Source: Candidatus Obscuribacteraceae bacterium | Lineage (GTDB): Bacteria > Cyanobacteriota > Vampirovibrionia > Obscuribacterales > Obscuribacteraceae | DNA length: 64,000 nt | Direction of reading: 5' to 3' | Assembly (NCBI GenBank): GCA_044226015.1 | Contig: JBGAHS010000007.1 | Span: forward strand, 224,001 to 288,000 | Shown here: piece by piece, positions 9,919-20,453 of the stretch | Layout: each line of letters starts with the position of its first letter | Position numbering within the stretch: the stretch's first letter is position 1 | The notes under the pieces: generated by a model | Told to the model about the DNA's origin: nothing | The model's database searches: none | Seen by the model: the letters and a program-made list of their open reading frames with translations, nothing else | Position numbers and translations under genes: made by a program

Positions 9919-11082
9919 CTATCTGGCTCGATCGAGAATTTTGTCTGCTGCTTCAACAAGCGGATTCAACTTGTCGTGGCGCAGTACATAACCATGGTTT
10001 CCAATGGCTCTGGAAAATGCATCGTTCATTCTTTCCTGGAAGCACATCATTGAGTTGAAGCTCTGCAAAACCTGGTCATGTGAAAGTGAGTACGGAATGT
10101 GATCTTTTCTTCCAACGTACACCACAAAGAACGGGCGGTTTGCTTTCTGTTGTGTAGTTCCGTGCACTATGATTTCTGCCCATGCTTTGTAAGCGTCAAA
10201 ATCGTTTGCATAGTTAAACATGTCTAGAGTGAATCCGCCTGGAGGACGCATGTTTACTTCCAGTGGAATAACCTTTCCGTCATCTTTCATGAAGTATTCG
10301 AAATGGAAGAAACGCTCTCGCACATCGAACGCGCGAAGAGTGGCTTTCCCTGCGTCTTCTAGAGACTTCTCTATGTCGCGCACTCCATAATAATAGATAT
10401 CGGAGTCTTCGTTTACCGCATCCATTACGCCTTTGCTGTACCTGTGCGATGCCGAGAACACCAGGTTTCCGCCGCTGTCAGTCAAGCCATCATAAGTTAC
10501 GATGGTGCCGGAAACGAACTCCTCGACGATATAGTCCATATCTGGTTTCTCTTCCAGATAGCGTTTTACATCCTCTTCATTCTTGATTTTATAGGTTGCA
10601 CCAGCGCCAACTCCAATGTCTGGTTTAGCTACAACTGGATAACCAACTTCCTTAATGAAGTTGACCAGTTCTTTTTCGGTATTGCAAACCTTACCGCGAG
10701 CAGGTGTAAGACCAGCCTGTTCGAATACCCGCTTCATTTCAGATTTGCGTTTGATCTTGTAAATGCTATCGAGTTTGATACCAGGAATATTGAAATCGGT
10801 TCTTAGCCTTGCTTCGGTTTCCAGCCAATACTCATTTTGAGAATCTATGCGATCCATCTTTCCATGTCGGTAAGTGAAATAACCGATCGCGCGAATCAGT
10901 TCATCATAGTTGTGCATGTCAGAGACGCGATAATACTCGGTCAGAGCGTGACGTAAATCATGACGAAGCAAATCAAATGGATGGTCGCCAATTCCAAAAA
11001 CATTGGCACCTTGCTCTCTTAGTCTGACGCAGAAGTTGTAAAAGTTCGGTGGAAAATGAGGTGACAGAAAGACGATATTCAT
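9919..11082 (-). CDS. ATP-grasp domain protein
   Basis: GYPVVAKPDIGVGA, YIVEEFV, FFHFEYF and LEVNMRPPGG; start placed at MNIVFLSPHFP. Confidence 0.9.
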   Translation of the reverse strand: MNIVFLSPHFPPNFYNFCVRLREQGANVFGIGDHPFDLLRHDLRHALTEYYRVSDMHNYDELIRAIGYFTYRHGKMDRIDSQNEYWLETEARLRTDFNIPGIKLDSIYKIKRKSEMKRVFEQAGLTPARGKVCNTEKELVNFIKEVGYPVVAKPDIGVGAGATYKIKNEEDVKRYLEEKPDMDYIVEEFVSGTIVTYDGLTDSGGNLVFSASHRYSKGVMDAVNEDSDIYYYGVRDIEKSLEDAGKATLRAFDVRERFFHFEYFMKDDGKVIPLEVNMRPPGGFTLDMFNYANDFDAYKAWAEIIVHGTTQQKANRPFFVVYVGRKDHIPYSLSHDQVLQSFNSMMCFQERMNDAFSRAIGNHGYVLRHDKLNPLVEAADKILDRAR

Positions 11083-11262
11083 GAAGCGCAAGCCCTATTT
11101 GAACTGAATATTCGCCCGCCTCTCTATGAGGGGGCTCCCGGATATGCCAGAGTATCACAGGTTTGCGGATTCTGTTGCAAATCTGCATCTTGGATCTAAA
11201 ATAATCGCAAACTTTTACAGGCTAAGGCTTTGCAAGAGATCACTCAGCAAAATTATAGACGC

Positions 11263-11784
11263 TTAAAGTTCGACGAAAATAGGTTCGGGAAACTCTGCTA
11301 TGACGCAATCATCAGCTCCGTCGTCTTCAAAGACTAAACAGGAAAAGTCTATCTGTTCATAAAGTGCTGTCATGGGATAGTGCCAGACCCCTGGGTAATA
11401 ACTGACTCCCTGAGAACCTTCAACGAGGAAAGCTCTCAGTGTGGACAAATCTGGCTTGTCTTTTCCCAGGCAAACAATTGCAAGATAGGTAGATTTGTCT
11501 GCCATCGGCATGAAAACCTGGGTTGAATACTCGTGTTTCTCGAGCAGCCTCAGCTCAAGCGGAAGCGCCTTCAGCGGACTGCATCGAAAAACGCAAAGGT
11601 TAAGCTTTGCTTTATCGGAACGCAAGTTTTCCAGCTGGCAGAGTTTGTTGAAACGCTTTGCCGTCCCCATGTTTGCGAACTTGAATGGAAGGCTCTCGTC
11701 AGCTGCAATCACTGTGCCATATTTCTCGTAAGCCTCGCGGCTCAGTCGAATTGCCTTGATGCTCTGTTGCTTCTCTGGGCTCAT
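11263..11784 (-). CDS. allA: Ureidoglycolate lyase/hydrolase
   Basis: LLEKHEYSTQVFMP and QGVSYYPGVWHYP motifs typical of AllA. Confidence 0.88.
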   Translation of the reverse strand: MSPEKQQSIKAIRLSREAYEKYGTVIAADESLPFKFANMGTAKRFNKLCQLENLRSDKAKLNLCVFRCSPLKALPLELRLLEKHEYSTQVFMPMADKSTYLAIVCLGKDKPDLSTLRAFLVEGSQGVSYYPGVWHYPMTALYEQIDFSCLVFEDDGADDCVIAEFPEPIFVEL

Positions 11785-11858
11785 GAATTTTGGGCTCTTA
11801 CATACTACAATGGCGAATTCGTTAGTCTAGCACGGCTGCGCACACTTGCTTCTGAGGA

Positions 11859-13448
11859 ATGATTATGGCTACAACTTTAGACCGCGTGAAAATTGTTGGT
11901 GATGTCAGTAAAGAGTTCGCCGAAATCTTAACTGATGATGCTCTCAATTTCTTGCTTGATCTGCATCAGCAATTCAATTCGCTAAGGTTGTCTTTGCTTG
12001 AGAAAAGAAAAGAACGTCAAAAAAGAATCGATGCCGGTGAGAAACCGTCATTCTTGAAAGAGACAGAGTCCGTTAGAACTGCTGAGTGGTCCGTGGCTGC
12101 GTGTCCGAAGGATTTGGAGGATCGCCGGGTAGAAATTACTGGACCGGTCGATGCGAAGATGATCATCAACGCGCTTAACTGCGGTGCCAATGTGTTCATG
12201 GCTGATTTCGAGGATGCTAATTCACCAACATGGACAAACTGCATTGAAGGGCAGATTAACTTGAAAAATGCTGTTCGGCGCACCCTGTCGTTTCAGAGTG
12301 CAGAAGGCAAATCATACTCATTGAAAGACAAGCTTGCGACTCTGGTTGTTCGTCCCAGGGGCTGGCATTTGGAAGAGAAACACGTCACCATTGATGGTGT
12401 CTGTATTTCTGCCAGCCTTTTTGATTTTGGACTCTATTTCTTTCACAACGCTGCAGAGTTGCTTCGACGCGAGAGTGGACCGTATTTCTATCTGCCCAAA
12501 ATGGAGAATCATCTAGAAGCTCGTCTCTGGTCTGATGTGTTTAAGTTTGCTGAGAGTAAGTTGCAGATAGCCTCAGGTAGCATCAAATGCACGGTTTTGA
12601 TCGAGACAATTCTTGCGTCTATGGAAATGGATGAAATACTTTATGAGCTGAAGGATTTTATCGTGGCATTGAACGCTGGTCGTTGGGACTACATGTTCAG
12701 TATGATCAAGAAGTTAAATCGCCATTCTGATTTCATGCTGCCTGATCGAGCACAGGTTACGATGAATGTGCCGTTCATGAAGTCGTATTGCGACCTTCTG
12801 GTCAAAACATGCCATAAGAGAAAAGCACATGCGATGGGCGGTATGGCTGCATTCATTCCGAGTCGCCGTGACAAGGAATTGAATGAGAAGGCTATGGCTA
12901 AGGTGCACGAAGACAAACAAAGAGAGGCTTCACAAGGTTTTGACGGAACATGGGTGGCGCACCCTGACCTCGTTGCGATCGCAAAAGAAGAATTTGATAA
13001 GGTCTTGGGCACTAAGCCAAATCAGAAAGAAAAAATGCGTAGTGAAGTCTGCGTAACAGCTGAGCAATTGCTCAACGCGTCCGTCGACGGCGGCAAGATC
13101 ACCGAAGCCGGGCTGATCAACAATATCTCAGTTGCGATTCAATACATGGATAACTGGCTGAGAGGAATTGGCGCTGCGGCAATTTACAATTTGATGGAAG
13201 ATGCTGCCACCGCGGAGATTTCGCGAGCTCAAATCTGGTTGTGGATTCAAAGGCAGAGCAAGCTTGAGGATGGTCGGGTTGTCAGCGCTGAACTCTACAA
13301 AACTCTGAAAGAGAAAGAACTACAGCGCTTAAAAGAAAGTGGAAACCCTGGTCGGCTAGACGATGCTGCAACTTTGCTCGATCAGCTGGTTTTGAGCCAG
13401 GAATTCATCGAGTTCCTAACTTTGCCTGCATATTCTTGCTTGCCATAG
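11859..13448 (+). CDS. aceB: Malate synthase A
   Basis: [43 protein letters not shown] and [15 protein letters not shown]. Confidence 0.97.
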   Translation: MIMATTLDRVKIVGDVSKEFAEILTDDALNFLLDLHQQFNSLRLSLLEKRKERQKRIDAGEKPSFLKETESVRTAEWSVAACPKDLEDRRVEITGPVDAKMIINALNCGANVFMADFEDANSPTWTNCIEGQINLKNAVRRTLSFQSAEGKSYSLKDKLATLVVRPRGWHLEEKHVTIDGVCISASLFDFGLYFFHNAAELLRRESGPYFYLPKMENHLEARLWSDVFKFAESKLQIASGSIKCTVLIETILASMEMDEILYELKDFIVALNAGRWDYMFSMIKKLNRHSDFMLPDRAQVTMNVPFMKSYCDLLVKTCHKRKAHAMGGMAAFIPSRRDKELNEKAMAKVHEDKQREASQGFDGTWVAHPDLVAIAKEEFDKVLGTKPNQKEKMRSEVCVTAEQLLNASVDGGKITEAGLINNISVAIQYMDNWLRGIGAAAIYNLMEDAATAEISRAQIWLWIQRQSKLEDGRVVSAELYKTLKEKELQRLKESGNPGRLDDAATLLDQLVLSQEFIEFLTLPAYSCLP

Positions 13449-13510
13449 TTGCGATTTACATCTTCTCGGCGCCTGCACCACCGCGATGGGGTTCACCAAA
13501 TAGCAATGGA

Positions 13511-13534
13511 AAAGGAGAGCGCAAGCTCTCCTTT
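13511..13534. terminator. Bidirectional intrinsic terminator
   Basis: AAAGGAGAGC-GCAA-GCTCTCCTTT with a GNRA loop, between convergent genes. Confidence 0.8.
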
Positions 13535-13560
13535 GTCTCTTATACGTTGTTGTAGAGTTA

Positions 13561-13968
13561 CTATTGGTGGTGCCATCCGTGGTGACGGTTCCAGTTGCGG
13601 TTCCAGTTATTGTTGTTATAACGTCCACCGCGATTGCTGAACCGTGTATCAGCATCGTTCAGTTGTCGGGTGATGTCGCGATTCAATTCAGTTAATTCGT
13701 AGCTCAATTTGTTTCGTTCACTCATTGAGAAGCGAAATCCAGAACTACGCATTCGACTCTCGATGGAGTTGATTCTGTTGAGTTTGTTTTGCAGTGATGT
13801 GAATTCAGATCGTGTTAACCTTCCAGAGTTAAATCCTACGTTGATGCGTTGTTGAAGCTGCGCTTGGGTTGCATCAATGTTCATATTCATGCCGTATTGA
13901 GCATTTGCAGCTGGAGCTACTGATAAAGCAATTAGACCTACTGCGATGAAAGAAAGAAGACGGTTCAT
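13561..13968 (-). CDS. Secreted hypothetical protein with helical repeat (GRLTRSE-like) and Asn/Trp/His-rich tail
   Basis: AGGAG Shine-Dalgarno before ATG 13968; signal peptide ending ANA-Q. Confidence 0.85.
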   Translation of the reverse strand: MNRLLSFIAVGLIALSVAPAANAQYGMNMNIDATQAQLQQRINVGFNSGRLTRSEFTSLQNKLNRINSIESRMRSSGFRFSMSERNKLSYELTELNRDITRQLNDADTRFSNRGGRYNNNNWNRNWNRHHGWHHQ

Positions 13969-14040
13969 GGTATCACTCCTATTCGTATTCTGTGGGATCA
14001 AGATCATTTCAGCCGAGCTCAGGCATTTCTTATGAATAAC

Positions 14041-14068
14041 TAGACGCAGGATCGTTCATAAAGATTCC
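14041..14068 (-). promoter_or_regulatory. Candidate ECF sigma promoter GGAATC-N16-CGTCTA
   Basis: Minus strand reads GGAATC tttatgaacgatcctg CGTCTA, matching the general ECF GGAA../CGT pattern, about 70 nt upstream of the secreted-protein gene. Confidence 0.5.
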
Positions 14069-14438
14069 AGTCTGGCGAAAAAAAAACTGGATATAAGCAG
14101 GACTGTCTTAGCACTTTGATTGGCGGCTACTTTGGACTTTTGTTCCCGACTAATTCTTGTGTCTGTTTTAGCGTGCGATGGAAAATTGTTCCTATAAATA
14201 TAGATGGCAAATAGTTTTTATCGAGAAGAACTCTGGCTGGAGACTGCCTGCTGATAATACCTGCTGCCGCTGGAAAGAAAGAAGCCCTTAGTATGCAGGT
14301 TGAAGGACATGAAGCTGTTCGAAGTGTTGAAAGGCTCGGACGTTTGTATTCAGGATATGTGGCTTATCTAAGGCGCAAGAGCCGGAACCAAAATCGAAAG
14401 TCTGAGTCAACCAGCGAGAGTCCTTTTGAGGTTTAGCG

Positions 14439-15485
14439 ATGAGAATCTTTGCTTGGTTCCTCGGAATCGCAGTCATTGCTGCTACTTCTTCAGCCTCCGT
14501 TTATGCTGATGAGACTGAGCCTGTCAATGCGAAGTTGCAGGCTGATTTTCCTGCACCTACGTCCGAGCTAAATAGCCGGGTCTCACAAGAGCTTGTACGA
14601 CGTCCAAAAGTCGGTTTGGCTCTGGGTGGAGGCGGTACGCGAGGTGCCGCCCATATAGGTGTTCTCAAAGTACTTGAGGAAAACCACATTCCGATTGATT
14701 ACATTTGCGGTACATCGATAGGCTCAGTAGTAGGTGGTTTTTATGCCTCTGGTGTGCCCGTTTCGCGGATGCAGCAGATTATTCGAGATCAGTCGCTGGT
14801 GCATGCGTACATGCGCACTCCTATCGCTTTGCAGATCGCCACTATGCCACTGGACCTCTTGCCCAGGGGGTTTGGCAAGCACTCTTTGATCGGAATTGCG
14901 TCGGGGAAAAGCTTTCAACGTTTCATCGAAAAACAACTTCCGGAAAATCGAAAACGAATAGAAGACACGCAAATTCCATTTGCTGCAGTTGCTACCGATT
15001 TGCAAACTGGAAATCCTTTTGTGTTAAAAAGTGGCTCGTTGTCAAAAGCGCTTGAGGCATCATCTGCGGTGCCATTTCTCAAGCGACCTGTAAAGTTAGA
15101 TGGAAGAATTTTGAATGATGGCTTTGTGTGCGGAAGCAATTTGCCTGCGAAGGAATGCCGCGAAATGGGAGCCGATGTGGTCATCTGTGTCAACATTGAT
15201 GGTCCACTCCAAGAGATTTCAGAACAACGCTTGCATCACTATCGTACATACAGGCATCGAATTGCGACAATCATTCTTTCGCGTCTTGATGCGGAAAATG
15301 CAAAAGATGCCGATGTGATGATAAGCCCAGATGTAACAGATGTTGGATTATTGAGTAAGCGTTGCTCCGAAATGGATGCTGCTATTCAGGCAGGTATCAA
15401 AGCCGCGCAAGACGCGATGCCGTCAATTCAAGCATTGTTAAAGAATGAGCGTTCGTTGAGAGCCAATATCCAATCTCAAGATTAG
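14439..15485 (+). CDS. Patatin-like phospholipase with signal peptide
   Basis: LALGGGGTRGAAHIG, GTSIG nucleophile elbow, DGF in place of DGG. Confidence 0.93.
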   Translation: MRIFAWFLGIAVIAATSSASVYADETEPVNAKLQADFPAPTSELNSRVSQELVRRPKVGLALGGGGTRGAAHIGVLKVLEENHIPIDYICGTSIGSVVGGFYASGVPVSRMQQIIRDQSLVHAYMRTPIALQIATMPLDLLPRGFGKHSLIGIASGKSFQRFIEKQLPENRKRIEDTQIPFAAVATDLQTGNPFVLKSGSLSKALEASSAVPFLKRPVKLDGRILNDGFVCGSNLPAKECREMGADVVICVNIDGPLQEISEQRLHHYRTYRHRIATIILSRLDAENAKDADVMISPDVTDVGLLSKRCSEMDAAIQAGIKAAQDAMPSIQALLKNERSLRANIQSQD

Positions 15486-15522
15486 GAAACTGGGCAACTG
15501 TGTAGCGCTGCTGCTTCGCAGC

Positions 15523-16086
15523 TTATTCGCAGGACGCACCATGTTTTATGAAGTAGTCTTGATGATATTCCTCTGCATCAAAGAATGGAGTCGCATCTTG
15601 AATCACAGTAACAATTGGAGATTTGAATTTATGATCTTTCGTCAATTGTTCTTTGTAGGCAAGCGCTTCTTTCTTTTGTTGAGCATTTGTGCAGAATATA
15701 ACTGAACGGTATTGCGTTCCGTGATCAGGACCTTGTCGATTAAGTGTTGTAGGGTCGTGATTGGCAAAAAATACTGTAAGCAGTTTTTGATAGCTGACTT
15801 TAGCAGGGTCGTATTCTACCTGAACGGTTTCAGCGTGACCCGTGGAGTTGCTGCAAACTTCCTTATAGGTAGGGTTATCGGTTGAGCCACCGGTGTATCC
15901 TACTCGTGTTTTGATTACGCCAGGTACTTTGCTGAAGACGTATTGAACCTTCCAGAAGCAACCTGCTCCAAAATAAGCTTTTTCCATTTTAGTCTTCCCA
16001 TCTGACTTGCGTTCGGCTCCACTTGCTGATGTCATTGCAAATATCAGAGCGGAGACGCTGAGCAAAAATGATCTTCTTGTGTTCAT
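15523..16086 (-). CDS. msrA: Peptide methionine sulfoxide reductase MsrA with twin-arginine signal
   Basis: GCFW, TGHAETVQV, DPTTLNRQGPD.GTQYRS and AEEYHQDY; N-terminal TRRSFL. Confidence 0.96.
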   Translation of the reverse strand: MNTRRSFLLSVSALIFAMTSASGAERKSDGKTKMEKAYFGAGCFWKVQYVFSKVPGVIKTRVGYTGGSTDNPTYKEVCSNSTGHAETVQVEYDPAKVSYQKLLTVFFANHDPTTLNRQGPDHGTQYRSVIFCTNAQQKKEALAYKEQLTKDHKFKSPIVTVIQDATPFFDAEEYHQDYFIKHGASCE

Positions 16087-16158
16087 GGTATTTCCAATTC
16101 ACGCCACAATTAGATTCTAGCAGTCAAAGCAGACTCAATTTATTTTGTAACCGTGTGA

Positions 16159-16542
16159 TTAACCTGACCAGCATCCGGTGCGAAAAAACTTTATGGAACC
16201 GTCTGCGTAGTAGGCGATAATAGTTCCGTTTGGTCGAATTTCTGATCTCGAACCGTCTTCATTGAAGGTGATAACTGTTCCATTTGGTCGAATCTGTACA
16301 GCTGAGTTTTCCTTCTGAACAATTGAATTTCCATCCGGCTTTACGATGCTGAGTGTATTTTTCTTGTCATTGTAGATGCGAGTGCCATCCGCCTTGCGGA
16401 CATGTACCGAACCGTCCGGGTTGTGAATTGTGACATCGCGTCCTTCAGCTTTTGATTCCTCTACATTCTTCTGCAAATCCAGAGGGTGCACCATCTTCAT
16501 TAATCTGGCGCGTTTTGGAAAATTATGCTCTGCAGTGTTCAT
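16159..16542 (-). CDS. Hypothetical beta-hairpin repeat protein (xxPDG/PNG repeats)
   Basis: Repeating I-x-x-P-D/N-G-S/T units; IRPNGT occurs twice. Confidence 0.7.
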   Translation of the reverse strand: MNTAEHNFPKRARLMKMVHPLDLQKNVEESKAEGRDVTIHNPDGSVHVRKADGTRIYNDKKNTLSIVKPDGNSIVQKENSAVQIRPNGTVITFNEDGSRSEIRPNGTIIAYYADGSIKFFRTGCWSG

Positions 16543-16610
16543 TTAACTAACCCCTAGCTCGCCCGTTGTATGTTGACAGCCAGTGCCGAAAAATTAGGGA
16601 GGGTTAATTT

Positions 16611-18218
16611 TTGTATTCATATCTAAGGAGAAAATGCCGTAGAATATTGTTTGAACTTGTTTTAGAGGGTTTTGTGTCAGGCAGGTATAAGTCTGCGGAA
16701 AGCAGGCGCAAGTTTAATTTTGCAGCGCCTGTCGCTTATGGTCGACGCTCCTTTCTGCTCGGCTGCGTATTGCTTCTTTGCTTGTCTGCAGTGTGCGGGC
16801 TGGCTTCGCTAGCTTCAGATTCATCGTCGGGCGGCAGCTCCCAAGACGTTAAAGTTGCCAGCAAAGAAGGCGACGAACCTGATGATGACGATAAAGAGTC
16901 AGAGAATTTCAGTGTCCCGAAAGAACGGAAGTACGTACGCATACCGATTCTTTATATGACAGATCGCTCCTTGAATGAGGATGAGTCTCATAGCTTTGGT
17001 AATCAGCGCAATCCAGAGACAGATTCACTTTATGAGGTTTTTTGCGGCAACGCCAGCGTTAGTTTGGAGAACCATCGGGATAAGAGCCCAAACGAAGTTC
17101 GTGATGCATTGGGTTGGACCTTTCAGGAAAAGGACGAAGAGCCAAGTCATACATTTCTTGATGGAAAAATAAGCGCCTGGAGCAACCTTGATCGATTTGC
17201 TGACGAAATTAAGAAGGTCTGCCAGCAAACTGGAAAAAATGAAATCTGCATTTTTGTCCATGGCTTTAAGAATACTTTCGACGGTGCTGCCACGAAGGCC
17301 GCTCGCCTATCGTATGCCATGGAAATGCCCGTGCTTTTGTACAGCTGGCCTTCCAGGGCAAAACTTTTTCAATATATTGTTGACACTGGCAATAATGAAT
17401 GGAGCCAGGAACATTTCAATCGCTTGGAAGAGAAATTATATGAGTTAAAAACCAATCATGGATTGAAGGTCATTCTGGTTGCTCATAGTATGGGCAACAG
17501 GCTCGTGATGAGATCTGCTCCAATACTTGAAGACAAGCAACTATTCGACCAGGTGTTTCTGGTTGATCCCGATCTCGATTCCCAGACTTTTTTGCATTAC
17601 GTAGCTCGCTATGTGCATAAAAAAGTTCTTGTGAGCCATGGCAAAATGAGAATACTCTACTCCACTAAGGACAATGCTTTGCCTTTTGCGCAGAAGTTGT
17701 TTGGTGGTTATACAAGGCTTGGTCAGGGCGCTGATACGATCCTCGAGTCGTTTTTCAATCCTAAGAATATGTTGCCCGCTCTCATCGACTGTGGAAAGAG
17801 TGTTCTTGATACCGATAACTTAAACTTTCGTTGGTTGCTGGGTGCTGATAACAAGGATGGCACAGCGGCAAATCTTTTCTTGAAGGATATTGACTGGATC
17901 GATTTTTCTATATTGGATCACGGAATAATCGGACATAGTGTGCCATTTCGTCTAATCGCCAATCTTGCAAAGACCTCAAAACCTGGAGAAGGATTAGAGC
18001 TGGTTGATGAAGAAGTTGCCGTCGCAAACTTCAAAAGCAAAATGTTCAAAAAGATGTTTGGCAAAGATGCTTTTACAAACAAAAATCCATGGAATCTCGG
18101 CATTTGCAAGAAGGTTCAATTCATTGACGATTCTCTAAAATCAGCCAAAGATGGGGGGATTATTATGGACAAGCAAGCCCATGAGCAGTTGAAAAAGAAA
18201 GAGTCACAAAATAACTAA
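16611..18218 (+). CDS. Alpha/beta hydrolase (DUF900-like)
   Basis: YMTDR, IFVHGFKN, YSWPS, AHSMGNR, PDLD, TRLG. Start uncertain (GTG 16674 possible). Confidence 0.87.
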   Translation: MYSYLRRKCRRILFELVLEGFVSGRYKSAESRRKFNFAAPVAYGRRSFLLGCVLLLCLSAVCGLASLASDSSSGGSSQDVKVASKEGDEPDDDDKESENFSVPKERKYVRIPILYMTDRSLNEDESHSFGNQRNPETDSLYEVFCGNASVSLENHRDKSPNEVRDALGWTFQEKDEEPSHTFLDGKISAWSNLDRFADEIKKVCQQTGKNEICIFVHGFKNTFDGAATKAARLSYAMEMPVLLYSWPSRAKLFQYIVDTGNNEWSQEHFNRLEEKLYELKTNHGLKVILVAHSMGNRLVMRSAPILEDKQLFDQVFLVDPDLDSQTFLHYVARYVHKKVLVSHGKMRILYSTKDNALPFAQKLFGGYTRLGQGADTILESFFNPKNMLPALIDCGKSVLDTDNLNFRWLLGADNKDGTAANLFLKDIDWIDFSILDHGIIGHSVPFRLIANLAKTSKPGEGLELVDEEVAVANFKSKMFKKMFGKDAFTNKNPWNLGICKKVQFIDDSLKSAKDGGIIMDKQAHEQLKKKESQNN

Positions 18219-19234
18219 TCGCCAATGTCTCGAACGGAATTGTTGATGTTCTGCGCAGACCCAGCTCGTTTGTAAAGAGAGCCTCCTCTGGTGCCAGCTA
18301 TTGCCGCACTGTTATCGACTCCGGCAGCATTGCCGCCTTGTGCTGAACCTGATGAGCTTGCGTTGAGTTTTGATTTGATATCGTCCACTCTTCCTTCTTC
18401 GGCGATTGCTTCGGTTTTTCTGTTTAGCTTTCTCAAAATTTCAGCATGTGAATTTAAGGCATCTGCATACTGCCTACTGACAGTTCCATACTTGCTTTTG
18501 TTCATTTCGGCGCAGCGTTTAGCCACAGCTTCGGCCTGGGCCGTTTTGTTTTCTGCATCATAGACAAGTGTTAGCAGTTTTAAGGCTGGTATCGTATACG
18601 ATGCTTCGCCTGCTTCTTCTGCCAGTTTAAGTGCTTTCTGCCCGCTTTGCTCAGCTAAAGTAAGTTGCTTGCCGTTCAATTCACGATTTCCGTCGGCGAG
18701 ATTTTGTTGTGCCTCCTGCAGCATCTTCGTTCGTTTTTCCTGTGCCTCTTTTTTTGCAGCGGCTGCCAGCTCTTCCTGGCTTGGTTCTTTAGCTTTACTA
18801 GCTGCGTCATTTGCTAGTGTATAGTCGTTTTCAAGCTTGCTGGCGTCGTCTGTTCGTTTGAGCTGGCGCAGCAGGGTGGCATAGTCTTTCAGCACTGCTC
18901 TCAAATCTTCGGTGCTTGACTCTGGCTTTGAACTTTCAAGAACCGCTTTGTATAGGGTTTCCGCCTCGGCGGTTTTGCCCTGTTCAGTGAGTGACTTAGC
19001 TAGCCCTCCCATGCTCTGAATATAGCGCGGACCGCTCTTGTCCTGGCATGAGTCCATCGCTTTTTGCCAGAACCGATCTGCCTCGTCATATCTTTTGGCA
19101 GATTGAGCCTCCATTGCAGCACTCTTTAATTGTCCAAATGATTGAGCTGACGCCTGTGCTTGTAATAGCAAAACAGAAGAGCAAGTGAGAATGATAGCTC
19201 TCATTGTTGTTTTCATGCCTGAACTGGCCTCCAC
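18215..19234 (-). CDS. Exported tetratricopeptide-repeat protein
   Basis: Signal peptide and TPR-like helices (LAKSLTEQGKTAEAETLYKAVL). Confidence 0.8.
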   Translation of the reverse strand: MEASSGMKTTMRAIILTCSSVLLLQAQASAQSFGQLKSAAMEAQSAKRYDEADRFWQKAMDSCQDKSGPRYIQSMGGLAKSLTEQGKTAEAETLYKAVLESSKPESSTEDLRAVLKDYATLLRQLKRTDDASKLENDYTLANDAASKAKEPSQEELAAAAKKEAQEKRTKMLQEAQQNLADGNRELNGKQLTLAEQSGQKALKLAEEAGEASYTIPALKLLTLVYDAENKTAQAEAVAKRCAEMNKSKYGTVSRQYADALNSHAEILRKLNRKTEAIAEEGRVDDIKSKLNASSSGSAQGGNAAGVDNSAAIAGTRGGSLYKRAGSAQNINNSVRDIGD

Positions 19235-19236
19235 TT

Positions 19237-20355
19237 CTAATTGTTGCTTTTATGCTTGAGCACAAAATGATTTTTCTGGTCCTCTATAAACTCATAGCCC
19301 TGATTTTTCACATCTATACCATTGCTGAGGTCAGAAACAACCCAAAATGCAATTTCGTGCCCCATCGCCGCAGCTGTTATGTCTATCATACTCTGATTGT
19401 TAGTCTTGCAAAGCATATTGAGCAATGGTCCGGGTCTTCCTAATCGAGGATAGCCACCATGAGCAGTGGCTGATGCTTCCAAGCGTCCATCCATCGCGTT
19501 ATAGAATATCTCTGTCTTTTCTGATTGGCTTGCAATGTCATCATTGTGATTGATGAAATAGCGTGCATCGGAATCTGGCTGACAGAAAATAGTCTCTGAG
19601 AACTTCTCGTATGGCAGATTTAATCGGGCTCGTTCAGCTCTTCGCAGCAGCCCTTCTTCCATAATTCTCGTGCCCATGCTGTGACCCAGCAGAATGATTT
19701 CGTGAGGTTTAATCTTCTTTTCTACAGCGTTCATGAAATTGTAAAAACGATCATAGTTTTGCTCAGCTAGAGTTTCATTCTGCAGATATTTTGTGAATCC
19801 TTTTGGGGACGCCCAGTCGAATACAACAAGTGGTCGTTGCATGTGCGACTCTAGCTTTGCTGCTCGCTCTAGCGAAGTTGGAAAAGTAGCGCAACATCCG
19901 TGCACGAAAATGACAATTTTCTCTATTCCGCTTTCATCCTGATATTTGTCGAAAAACTCAGCTAGCTCTTCCTTGGAGAAATCCCGATCTGCAATTTTGC
20001 AATCTGTCGGAACGTCTGGCTTTTGCCCGTTTTCCAGGGGCTTGTCCAGATGAATTAATCGCCAGCCGAGTTTGTCTATGTTCTCTTTGCGCAGGCTGAT
20101 TTTGGTGGGCGCTGGAACAACGACGTTTCTCACGCCAAAACGAAACATGTCATAGGACGGTTCTTCGCCAAACTGAAGCTTTGCGTCGGGTTTTCTTGTT
20201 GTAGCAAAGAACACCGGGCAGACAATCCAGTCTCTGACTTTGGAAGTATCTTCATGTACAGGCGCAAGGTCTGTCATAAGTTTGCAAGCGCAGATCAGGC
20301 TACAAAAAACAATGATTACGACTAAGCCAAAAGCAGCTTTAATGAACTTTTCCAT
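19237..20355 (-). CDS. Alpha/beta hydrolase (DUF900-like), membrane-anchored
   Basis: VFFATTR, IFVHG, FDWAS, GHSMG, PDSD, RLG. Confidence 0.87.
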   Translation of the reverse strand: MEKFIKAAFGLVVIIVFCSLICACKLMTDLAPVHEDTSKVRDWIVCPVFFATTRKPDAKLQFGEEPSYDMFRFGVRNVVVPAPTKISLRKENIDKLGWRLIHLDKPLENGQKPDVPTDCKIADRDFSKEELAEFFDKYQDESGIEKIVIFVHGCCATFPTSLERAAKLESHMQRPLVVFDWASPKGFTKYLQNETLAEQNYDRFYNFMNAVEKKIKPHEIILLGHSMGTRIMEEGLLRRAERARLNLPYEKFSETIFCQPDSDARYFINHNDDIASQSEKTEIFYNAMDGRLEASATAHGGYPRLGRPGPLLNMLCKTNNQSMIDITAAAMGHEIAFWVVSDLSNGIDVKNQGYEFIEDQKNHFVLKHKSNN

Positions 20356-20453
20356 CTAGATGAGTCTCTTCCAGATTAATGCAGGTCTTTTACAGGGAAT
20401 AAGTATATCGCGCTGCGGGAATCATTTTGGAGAATCGGTGGAGGAAACAGCCA

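Noticed and set aside
14293..14436. 47-aa ORF (MQVEGHEAVRSVERLG...) ending 2 nt before the patatin start
   Set aside because: The position is suggestive, but there is no clear SD or motif; it cannot be supported without homologues.
15523..16086. Selenocysteine-containing MsrA
   Set aside because: The active-site codon is TGC (Cys), and there is no in-frame TGA.
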